10,665 nt of DNA from Verrucomicrobiota bacterium (lineage in GTDB: Bacteria > Verrucomicrobiota > Verrucomicrobiia > Limisphaerales > CANJXF01): NCBI GenBank assembly GCA_038214755.1, contig JBBQRQ010000131.1, positions 1 to 10,665 of the forward strand. The letters run 5' to 3'. Shown here piece after piece: positions 1 to 6,294 of this stretch (position 1 is its first letter; the number at the start of each line of letters is the position of its first letter). Under the pieces are notes generated by a model. It was not told the origin of the DNA, did no database searches, and saw only the letters and a program-made list of their open reading frames with translations. The position numbers were made by a program, and so were the translations under genes.

Positions 1-85
1 CCTTGAAGATCGGTTCGCGCCGGTCACCGCGATTCATCACATGATAAACCGCCCCCGGATACTCGACTCTCAACTTGCGCGCCAT
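1..85 (-). CDS. 5' part of a REP-associated tyrosine transposase (RAYT / IS200-like Y1 HUH transposase), runs off the window
   Basis: Manual translation from ATG at 85 gives MARKLRVEYPGAVYHVMNRGDRREPIFK, the typical Y1_Tnp/RAYT N-terminus (R..R...PG..YHV..RG..R..IF). It is absent from the ORF track because it is truncated. Confidence 0.88.
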   Translation of the reverse strand, partial: MARKLRVEYPGAVYHVMNRGDRREPIFK

Positions 86-91
86 GCCGGG

Positions 92-120
92 AGAGTGCCC
101 AACGCCGCCTTATATGTCAA
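92..120 (-). promoter_or_regulatory. Putative sigma70 promoter for a leaderless transposase transcript
   Basis: Minus strand reads TTGACA (120-115), 17 nt, CACTCT (97-92), 6 nt, ATG. The -35 is perfect, the -10 is weak, and there is no Shine-Dalgarno sequence. Confidence 0.5.
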
Positions 121-137
121 TATCAAGAACTGACCCC
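113..137 (-). mobile_element. Probable terminus of the RAYT-carrying element (GGGGTCAGTTCTTGATATTGACATA)
   Basis: A GGGGTCAG motif starts 52 bp upstream of the transposase ATG and 7 bp after the stop of the neighbouring gene. From recollection, this motif often flanks such transposases. The other end is outside the window. Confidence 0.45.
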
Positions 138-144
138 TTTAGGC

Positions 145-600
145 TCAAGGTTTTCTTAAGCGATAAAAATTATTTCCCGTGGGTGAGGGGAGGGTCAGTA
201 ACACTCGCCCGCCATTGGTGGCGAAATTCTCTGGAACGTTCGACCACCCGTTGGTCACGGTGAGATCGTTATTGTTCTGTAGTTGAAAACCCGATGCGCT
301 GTCGGGCCAGGAAACGATCACAAAATTGTTGGAGAGTGTCACTTTCAATACCGGTGACCCGGGAGTTTGCACGGCAGCAATGATGCCCCAAAAACCGCCA
401 TCCAGAATAAAGTTGCCTCCACTCATGGAGCCCGCGTCGGGTTGGCCGATGGTTCCGCTCACTGAGTAACCTCCACCCGTGCTCGTGCCTCCGCCGCCGT
501 TGATGCTGAACCAATCAATGGAGTAGCTCTGCGCCTTCAGCGGAAGAACCGCTCCGAGGCTCAGTCCCAAAACCACGAAAATAAGTTGAAGGTGTTTCAT
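145..600 (-). CDS. Small secreted protein (signal peptide, SIDW..INGGGG..S.GG.Y...GTIGQ domain, C-terminal beta domain ending FYRL), partner of the fibre protein
   Basis: 151 aa with a hydrophobic N-terminus and LKA|Q cleavage site. It lies 17 bp downstream of the fibre gene on the same strand. The C-terminal SWP...GF.LQ...W..V...FYRL pattern is common in verrucomicrobial secreted proteins. Confidence 0.85.
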   Translation of the reverse strand: MKHLQLIFVVLGLSLGAVLPLKAQSYSIDWFSINGGGGTSTGGGYSVSGTIGQPDAGSMSGGNFILDGGFWGIIAAVQTPGSPVLKVTLSNNFVIVSWPDSASGFQLQNNNDLTVTNGWSNVPENFATNGGRVLLTLPSPTGNNFYRLRKP

Positions 601-617
601 GCTTGTCTGTCTTGATT

Positions 618-3164
618 CTAGTGCCTGGACGTGGGTTGTTCCAATACTTTTTCCAGTTTTTCCAATCTTTTTTTGAGCGTTTCAATTTCTGTCTCCTTTG
701 ACTTCAATTGCTCCTCCAATTTTTGGTTCAATCCCTGAATCGCCGCCAGCGCCACGCCGTGCAGGTCGGCGTCGTTCAGGGATTTGTCGTCGGCGTTGAG
801 CGGGAACTGCGCATGGAAATCCTGCGCCATCGGGCCGAGGTGGCGTTGCGCGAAGCCGATGTAACTCCATTCGGCGATGGGCACGCGCGCCATTTTTTCC
901 AGCACCGCCCGCGGGTCGATGGGCGTAATGCGCTCCTTGCTCTGCCGGTCGCTGGTGAAGCTCCAACTCGCGCTGCCGAGCGTCCAGATCACGCTCTGGT
1001 TCGCGCCGCCGCTGCCGCTGGTGAAGGTCGCCCCGCCGATGACGTGCAACTGATTGGTGGGGGAAGCCGTGCCGATGCCCACCTTGCCGCCATTCAGGCT
1101 CATCACCAGAGCGCTGCCGACTCCCGGCGCCGTCGAGCCGACCGCGGTGGCGGACGTGTTGACGAAGAAATCTATGGCGTTGTCATTCGTCGCCGTGTTG
1201 TGCCGGGTGCGCACCCAATGGCGAAAGCCGCCACCGTGATAGGCCAGGGCCAAAGCTTTTTCATCATTGTTACCGTTGCTTTCTCCACCGGAAAGAATTT
1301 CCAGACGAGCTAGCGGTTGCGCGGAACCAATGCCGATGGCGGCGTTGAAAATATTGGTGCCGGTGAAGGTCTGGCTGGCATCGCGCAACGCGACGTTTGC
1401 CGAAAGACGAGCGTCGGCCACGGTGCCAGTCAAACTGCCCGCCGGAACAGAAGTCAGCGAGGAGATCGGCACTGAACCAGTCAGGTTGGTGGCATTAAGA
1501 CCGGACATACCGCCGCCATCGCCGGTGAAGTTGCCCAGAAAGTTGAACGGAGGATTCTGCACCAGCACCGAAAACGTGGCGGCATTGCCGTTCGCGCTGA
1601 TTAAATCGACGCGGCCATCCCCATTGACATCAGCGGCCGTGACCGATCTGGGACCCAACCCCACGGTCGGTGAGGAGGCCAACGTGAAAACACCGCTTTC
1701 GTTATTGATCAACACCGAGAGAGTGTTGGCATTGAGATTCGCACTGATTAAATCGATGCGGCCATCCCCATTGACATCCGCGGCCGTGACCGATCTGGGA
1801 CCGAACCCCACGGTCGGCGAGGAGGCCAGAGTGAAACCCCCGCTTCCGTTATTGGTCAGCACCGAGAGCGTGGCGGCGTTGACGTTCGCGCTGATTAAAT
1901 CGATGCGGCCATCCCCATTGACATCGGCGGCCGTGACCGCGAGGGGGGTATTCCCCACGATCGGCGAGGAGGCCAGAGTGAAACCTCCGCTCCCGTTATT
2001 GGTCAGCACTGAGAGCGTGTCGGCATTGGAATTCGCGCTGATTAAATCGGTGCGGCCATCCCCATTGACATCGGCGGCCGTGACCGAGTTGGGGGTATTC
2101 CCCACGGCCGGCGAGGAACTCAGCGTGAAACCTCCGCTCCCGTTATTGGTCAGCACCGAGAGCGTGGCGGCATTGGCGTTCGCGCTGATTAAATCGATGC
2201 GGCCATCCCCATTGACATCGGCGACCGTGACTGATCTGGGATTAGTCCCCACGGCCGGCGAGGAACTCAACGTGAAACCTCCGCTCCCATTATTGGTCAG
2301 CACCGAGAGCGTGTTGGCAAACTGATTCGCGCTGATTAAATCGATGCGGCCATCCCCATTCACATCGGCGGACGTGACCGAGTAGGGGCTATTCCCCACA
2401 GCCAGCGTGGTGGATAGCGTGAAACCTCCGTTCCCGTTATTGGTCAGCACCGAGAGCGTGCTGGCAACGAGGTTGGCGCTGATTAAATCAATGCGGCCAT
2501 CCCCATTCACATCGGCGGACGTGACCGAGTAGGGGAGACTCCCCACAGACGGCGAGGAGGCCAAGGTGAAGAGGTTGGAATTCACGGTGATCGCGCCCCT
2601 GGAATTGAGGGTGGCCAGGTTCACATTGGTCACGCCCGCGCCGTTGCCGAAAAAGGAACCGGTCAGGTTCACCCCGCTCTGGTTGTTCGTCACCACCGCG
2701 CCGGGCAGTTGCGCCAGCGCCAGCGCGCCGCTGATCTGGCTGGCGGGCAGATTTCCGCTCACATTCGCCGCCGTAATGGCATACGGCGTGACGGTCAGTG
2801 GTTGACGCGGACTAAGAATCGCGTAGGCCGTGGCGACTCCGTTGGAGCGCACGCTGATTTCCAGCCAGCGCGCACTGCCGTCGAACGGCTCCGCGCCAAA
2901 GTCGAGTGTGACGGTGAACAGTCCGTTGCTCACCGCCGTCGGGGCGAGGGTGAGAAATCCCGCCGTCTGGCCACCGTTCGTGGCCGCGTTGTACAGCGCG
3001 AAACGTAAATCGTAGAGACCGCTGGCCGGGTTCGCGCCGTCGTTCAACCGGCCTTGATACGTGAAGGCGGTCCCTTGGGCAAAGCAGGTTGAGAGTTGAG
3101 GGTGGAGAGTTGAGAGCAGCAACAGAACTGCGGCGCGCTGAATGAGGCTGAGTTTGGTTTTCAT
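618..3164 (-). CDS. Secreted tail-fibre-like protein with 7 FG-GAP/VCBS repeats and a C-terminal peptidase S74 intramolecular chaperone domain
   Basis: 848 aa. It has a signal peptide (CFA|Q), an N-terminal FTYQGRL domain, seven ADVNGDGR.DLISAN repeats and GKVGIGT..P fibre motifs. The S74 motif SDRQSKE (Ser codon 953-951) is followed by HLGPMAQDF, ALAAIQGL and a coiled coil. An SD-like TAAGGA lies upstream. Confidence 0.92.
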   Translation of the reverse strand: MKTKLSLIQRAAVLLLLSTLHPQLSTCFAQGTAFTYQGRLNDGANPASGLYDLRFALYNAATNGGQTAGFLTLAPTAVSNGLFTVTLDFGAEPFDGSARWLEISVRSNGVATAYAILSPRQPLTVTPYAITAANVSGNLPASQISGALALAQLPGAVVTNNQSGVNLTGSFFGNGAGVTNVNLATLNSRGAITVNSNLFTLASSPSVGSLPYSVTSADVNGDGRIDLISANLVASTLSVLTNNGNGGFTLSTTLAVGNSPYSVTSADVNGDGRIDLISANQFANTLSVLTNNGSGGFTLSSSPAVGTNPRSVTVADVNGDGRIDLISANANAATLSVLTNNGSGGFTLSSSPAVGNTPNSVTAADVNGDGRTDLISANSNADTLSVLTNNGSGGFTLASSPIVGNTPLAVTAADVNGDGRIDLISANVNAATLSVLTNNGSGGFTLASSPTVGFGPRSVTAADVNGDGRIDLISANLNANTLSVLINNESGVFTLASSPTVGLGPRSVTAADVNGDGRVDLISANGNAATFSVLVQNPPFNFLGNFTGDGGGMSGLNATNLTGSVPISSLTSVPAGSLTGTVADARLSANVALRDASQTFTGTNIFNAAIGIGSAQPLARLEILSGGESNGNNDEKALALAYHGGGFRHWVRTRHNTATNDNAIDFFVNTSATAVGSTAPGVGSALVMSLNGGKVGIGTASPTNQLHVIGGATFTSGSGGANQSVIWTLGSASWSFTSDRQSKERITPIDPRAVLEKMARVPIAEWSYIGFAQRHLGPMAQDFHAQFPLNADDKSLNDADLHGVALAAIQGLNQKLEEQLKSKETEIETLKKRLEKLEKVLEQPTSRH
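1563..2570 (-). repeat. Seven tandem 147-bp (49-aa) intragenic FG-GAP repeats
   Basis: The anchor TGATTAAATC occurs at 1598, 1745, 1892, 2039, 2186, 2333 and 2480, an exact 147-bp period. Confidence 0.97.
3089..3116 (-). repeat. Four imperfect heptamer repeats within the signal-peptide coding region
   Basis: Coding strand reads CTCTCAA CTCTCCA CCCTCAA CTCTCAA, encoding LSTLHPQLST. Confidence 0.8.
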
Positions 3165-3175
3165 GGTTGGGTTCC

Positions 3176-3499
3176 TTAATTTGATTTTTGAGTGCGGATG
3201 ATCTTCTCAAGTGCTTCGAGCCGCTGCTTCAACTCCGCGTTCTCTGTGTCTCTATGGTTAAGTTCTTTCTTCAACTCGTCCACTTTCTCATTCAACCCTT
3301 GAATCGCCGCCAGCGCCACGCCGCTTTCATCCACGGTAGTAGTGTGTTTGTCATCCGGCCCTACTCCAAACGCGGCGTAGAAATCCTGCGCCATGGGACC
3401 GAGGTGCCGCGAGGCGGCATCCTGCTTGTAGTTCCATTCTGAAAGCGGGAGCGCGACAACTTTTTGCAGAATCTCAGAAGCGCTCACGGCTTTGAAATA
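3176..3499 (-). pseudogene. 3' remnant of a second S74-chaperone fibre gene, truncated at the oriIS
   Basis: YFKAVSASEILQKV...HLGPMAQDFYAAF...GVALAAIQGLN plus a coiled coil, paralogous to the C-terminus of 618..3164. It lacks the SD(R)xxK cleavage motif, and the frame is closed by TAG at 3502-3500 where the oriIS repeat begins. Confidence 0.85.
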
Positions 3500-3501
3500 C
3501 T

Positions 3502-3661
3502 ACTGATAGGAATTTGCTTTCTGGACGCTTCGCGGTTCAACTTCAACTGATAGGAATTTGCTTTCTGGACGCTTCGCGGTTCAACTTCAGCGGGTTTGGT
3601 CGCAGCCCTGAAAACATTTTGCGACTGATAGGAATTTGCTTTCTGGACGCTTCGCGGTTCA
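3502..3661. repeat. Three identical 38-bp copies of an IS91/ISCR-type oriIS end (3502-3539, 3546-3583, 3624-3661)
   Basis: ACTGATAGGAATTTGCTTTCTGGACGCTTCGCGGTTCA occurs three times. The GATAGGAATTT core resembles the IS91-family oriIS terminus and lies downstream of an IS91 transposase 3' end in the expected orientation. Confidence 0.85.
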
Positions 3662-4133
3662 GGGAGAATTGCTTTTGCGTCGGGTTCATTAACGGCGAGA
3701 TTACGCCGGTTTTCGCCGGAGACAAGCCCTTTTTTGCAGATTTGTTGGCGCGCAAGCGGATCCGCTCGGGTTTCCGGGCCGAAGCCCGCGACCGGGCACG
3801 GTTGTCGCGGCAAATTGGCCTGGCGGCGGCTGCTCTGGGGCACACCCCACCGGTTCACCGCCGTTAGGTTCGGCGGAAAATGGCGTTGAGCAGTCGCTCT
3901 GTCCTCAGTCCGTCAGGACGTTTTCGTAGTCGGGCATGGGGTCCACGTCGTCGCATGGCTCGCGGATCCACGGCCCGGGGTCCGCGTCCGGCGGGGCGCG
4001 GGCCGGGGCCTGCAATGGCGTGCCGTTCCACAGGCTGAGATGCCGCAGGATTTTTTCCACCACGGCGCGCTGGTCAATCACGGCGATGACGCGCATGGGG
4101 TGCTGGCAGTTGGGGCAGATGAGCGGGTCGGTG
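3624..4133 (-). mobile_element. oriIS-end remnant of an IS91/ISCR-family rolling-circle element
   Basis: Transposase C-terminus, then about 240 bp of GC-rich, hairpin-rich non-coding DNA, then the oriIS motif. Confidence 0.8.
3905..4133 (-). pseudogene. C-terminal fragment of an IS91-family (Y2) transposase
   Basis: The frame extends upstream of the listed Met: TDPLICPNCQHPMRVIAVIDQRAVVEKILRHL...ARAPP, the characteristic DPL.CP.C...M..IA.I.....I..IL.HL tail. It is cut by the IS3 end at about 4134. Confidence 0.85.
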
Positions 4134-4342
4134 TGATGTTACTTCGATTTTGTGGAGAGGGCTTCTGGGGTGTAGAAAGAAGAAGCTATGGAAACAAAAA
4201 GCAAATTCTCGCGTCGTTATGATGCCGAGTTTAAACAAAATGCCGTCGCGTTGGTCCAGTCGGGACGCACCCTGCGCGAAGTCTGTCGGGACCTGGGGTG
4301 CTCCACCTGGTCGCTCGACCGCTGGGTCGCCGACATCAAAAA
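4134..4342 (+). mobile_element. Left end of an IS3-family insertion sequence (IRL plus truncated orfA)
   Basis: The terminus TGATGTTACTTCGATTTTGTGGAGA follows the IS3-type TGAT.TTAC...GTGGA.A pattern and is followed by an HTH orfA. No orfB or IRR is present in the window. Confidence 0.8.
4188..4342 (+). pseudogene. IS3-family transposase OrfA N-terminal HTH fragment (ORF reads on to 4403 through unrelated DNA)
   Basis: RRYDAEFKQNAVALVQSGRTLREVCRDLGCSTWSLDRWV matches the HTH_Tnp_1 pattern. The leucine zipper and frameshift region are missing. Confidence 0.85.
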
Positions 4343-4371
4343 CGGCGGCGCTCTCCCGAGACGCCGCTACG
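4343..4371 (-). repeat. Single GTAG-type REP palindrome
   Basis: Minus strand reads CGTAGCGGCGTCTCGGGAGAGCGCCGCCG: a GTAG tetranucleotide followed by an imperfect CGGCG-TCTC / GAGA-G-CGCCG hairpin. Confidence 0.65.
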
Positions 4372-4377
4372 ACGAAT

Positions 4378-4648
4378 CAGATGCCGGGCATAGCGGCGGT
4401 TGATGCGCTCGAAGTCCCACGCGCCCGCGACGATTTCCGCGTCCGATTCCCCCGCGCACGGTCGCGCCTCCAGCAGGATAAGCGATTCCACATTGATCTT
4501 GCCGCCGCCGAGAATCTGCCGTTCCTCCGTCAGTGGATCGGGCGTAATCCACACGCTGTTTTGCAGGTAGCCGAAGCCTTTGTCGCGCAAGTAGCGTCGC
4601 AGCCGTTCGCGCTGGGCGTTTTGTCCCGTGGGCACGTCGAAGAGCAAC
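4378..4648 (-). pseudogene. Internal fragment of a PaaX-family transcriptional regulator
   Basis: LFDVP......RERLRRYL...GFGYLQNSVWITP...AWDFERINRRY matches the PaaX central domain and the start of PaaX_C. The N-terminal wHTH and the C-terminus are absent. Boundaries are approximate. Confidence 0.8.
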
Positions 4649-4845
4649 ACGACAGCATTTTCACCAAAGGCCCGTCCGACGTGCTCGATCACGCCACCAG
4701 CGAAATCGCCAGCGGCAGCAAACTCGGCATTGACGCGACGAAGAAACTCCCCGGCGAAGGCTTCAAACGCGCGTGGCCGCCGTTAATCAAGATGGACAAG
4801 CAGGTTCAAGAAAAAATCACCGCGTTGTTCGGAGGAAAAACTTGA
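4645..4845 (+). pseudogene. 3' fragment (about 65 aa) of a UbiD-family decarboxylase
   Basis: DSIFTKGPSDVLDHATSEIASGSKLGIDATKKLPGEGFKRAWP matches the UbiD C-terminal D.LD.A......GSK.GIDAT.K motif. The rest of the gene is missing. Confidence 0.85.
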
Positions 4846-4967
4846 TTTCCAAATCAGCGATTCGGAAATTCACACAAAACATTTCAACTCGCATGAAACC
4901 CATCCGCTCAAAACCCACGAAGCTCGCCCGGCGAACTTCCTACCCGTCGCTCCTGCATGGTTACGGC

Positions 4968-6047
4968 TTAGCGCGTGATCCAACCGCCGCCTAAGACCAG
5001 ATCGTCCTGATAAAAAACACACGCCTGTCCCGGAGTGATCGCGCGTTGCGGCGTGTGCAATTTTACTTTCGCGCAGCCATTCGGCATTGAGAAAATAGTC
5101 GCCCTCGTTCCAGGATGGTTGTAACGAATCTTCGCGTCCGCCTCGATCTGCTCCGGCGGATTTTCAAATGGAATCCAATTGCAACGTTCCACCAGGAATT
5201 CGTCGCGATCCAACATCGCATCGTCGCCGACGATCACGCGATTATTTGCCGCATCCAGTTCAATCACGTAAAGCGGTTTCGCCGATGAAATGCCTAAACC
5301 TTTTCTTTGCCCGATGGTGTAAAACTCAATTCCATCGTGTTCGCCCAATTTCTTTCCGGACGTGTCCACGATGTCGCCGGAATGTTTTTCAATCAACTTC
5401 GCCTGCTGCAAAAATCCACCGTAATTGTTGTCCGGCACGAAACAAATTTCCATGCTCTCCTCTTTGTCTGCGGTCTTGAGCTGGCATTCACGCGCAACTT
5501 CCCGCGTATCGGCTTTTGTTTTTTCTCCGAGTGGAAACATGGAGAACGCGAGTTGATCCTGGCGCAGTGAAAAGAGAAAATAACTTTGGTCTTTGCGTGA
5601 ATCGCGACCTTTCTTCAACAGCGTTCGTCCGTCTGCGGTTGTCTCGACGCGCGCAAAATGGCCGGTCGCAATTTTCTCCGCGCCGAGTTGTTTTGCCCGT
5701 GTGATCAGCGTGCCAAATTTTAGATTCTGATTGCACATCACGCATGGATTTGGCGTGCGGCCTGCGCGATATTCATCCGCGAAATATTGAATGACTTTGT
5801 TTTGAAACTCCGCCGCTTCGTCGATCAGGTAATACGGAATTCCCAACTTGTAACAAACGCTGCGCGCATCCATCACCGCTTGCGGGCCGCAGCATTTGTC
5901 CTCCGCGCGCGACACGCAATCCTGCGGCCAGAGTTTCAGCGTCACTCCAACCACGTCGTAGCCCTGCTGCAACAAAAGCGCGGCTGTTGCCGAGGAATCG
6001 ACTCCTCCGCTCATCCCGCAAAGCACGCGTGTTTTGTTTCCGGTCAT
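4968..6047 (-). CDS. mnmA: tRNA 2-thiouridine(34) synthase MnmA
   Basis: SGGVDS PP-loop, TPNPCVMCN, KDQSYFL, ESMEICF, TIGQRKGL and TPGQ motifs; 359 aa. Confidence 0.98.
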   Translation of the reverse strand: MTGNKTRVLCGMSGGVDSSATAALLLQQGYDVVGVTLKLWPQDCVSRAEDKCCGPQAVMDARSVCYKLGIPYYLIDEAAEFQNKVIQYFADEYRAGRTPNPCVMCNQNLKFGTLITRAKQLGAEKIATGHFARVETTADGRTLLKKGRDSRKDQSYFLFSLRQDQLAFSMFPLGEKTKADTREVARECQLKTADKEESMEICFVPDNNYGGFLQQAKLIEKHSGDIVDTSGKKLGEHDGIEFYTIGQRKGLGISSAKPLYVIELDAANNRVIVGDDAMLDRDEFLVERCNWIPFENPPEQIEADAKIRYNHPGTRATIFSMPNGCAKVKLHTPQRAITPGQACVFYQDDLVLGGGWITR

Positions 6048-6056
6048 TGGATGCGC

Positions 6057-6085
6057 AATATAATTGGAGAGAATAAAAACGCGAA
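6057..6085 (-). promoter_or_regulatory. Possible mnmA promoter (near-leaderless)
   Basis: TTCGCG (6085-6080), 17 nt, TATATT (6062-6057), 9 nt before the ATG. No SD sequence. Confidence 0.35.
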
Positions 6086-6108
6086 CGTTTTGAAATTTTC
6101 CGCGTGTT

Positions 6109-6165
6109 TGTAACGGCGCGTCTGGGACCGCCGCATTTGAAAATTAAAAAATGGCGGCCGCTACA
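6109..6165. repeat. Degenerate REP-like palindrome
   Basis: Outer arms TGTAACGGC / GCCGCTACA (1 mismatch) with an inner CCGCC..ATTT / AAATGGCGG stem. Confidence 0.55.
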
Positions 6166-6167
6166 GC

Positions 6168-6274
6168 CGGGTAGCATCTGCCTCTGGCGGGTGCGTGAAG
6201 ACTCCTCGTTTCCTCTTGGAGAAATTGACGCCGCTCCAAGTCATTTCGCACCCGCCGGAGGCAGATGCTACCCG
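6168..6274. repeat. REPIN-like element: 28-bp inverted repeats with GTAG near the outer ends
   Basis: 6168-6195 CGGGTAGCATCTGCCTCTGGCGGGTGCG is the reverse complement of 6247-6274 at 27/28 positions. An inner CTTGGAG/CTCCAAG stem is also present. Confidence 0.85.
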
Positions 6275-6294
6275 CCGCCGCCGCGATGCCGACT

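Noticed and set aside
1267..2325. 352-aa repetitive plus-strand ORF (and other long antisense ORFs such as 708..1313, 6461..7396, 9799..10347)
   Set aside because: These are antisense shadows of well-supported minus-strand genes in GC-rich DNA.
3290..3410. S74 remnant as a DGR template repeat for the fibre C-terminus (similar to about 725-845)
   Set aside because: Similarity is limited to conserved protein motifs and the differences are largely synonymous rather than adenine-specific, so this is ordinary paralogy.
618..3499. Prophage tail module
   Set aside because: The fibre has a Sec signal peptide and no other phage structural, lysis or integration genes are present.
3502..3661. CRISPR array (38-bp repeats)
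   Set aside because: Spacers are 6 and 40 bp and share their first 6 bases, there are no cas genes, and the repeat is better explained as the IS91 oriIS. The nearby Cas2-like fold belongs to a PaaX fragment.
3484..3867. ORFs 3484..3858, 3514..3867 and 3543..3845
   Set aside because: They overlap the oriIS repeats and the hairpin-rich non-coding end of the IS91 element and show no recognisable protein features.
4150..4845. 231-aa ORF as a real gene
   Set aside because: It is a chance read-through of an alternative IS3 frame, a REP and antisense PaaX into the UbiD tail. Only the last 65 or so aa are protein-like.
4846..4868. Intrinsic terminator after the UbiD fragment (TTTCCAAATC-AGC-GATTCGGAAA)
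   Set aside because: The stem is AT-rich and imperfect with no clear U-tract, too weak to call.
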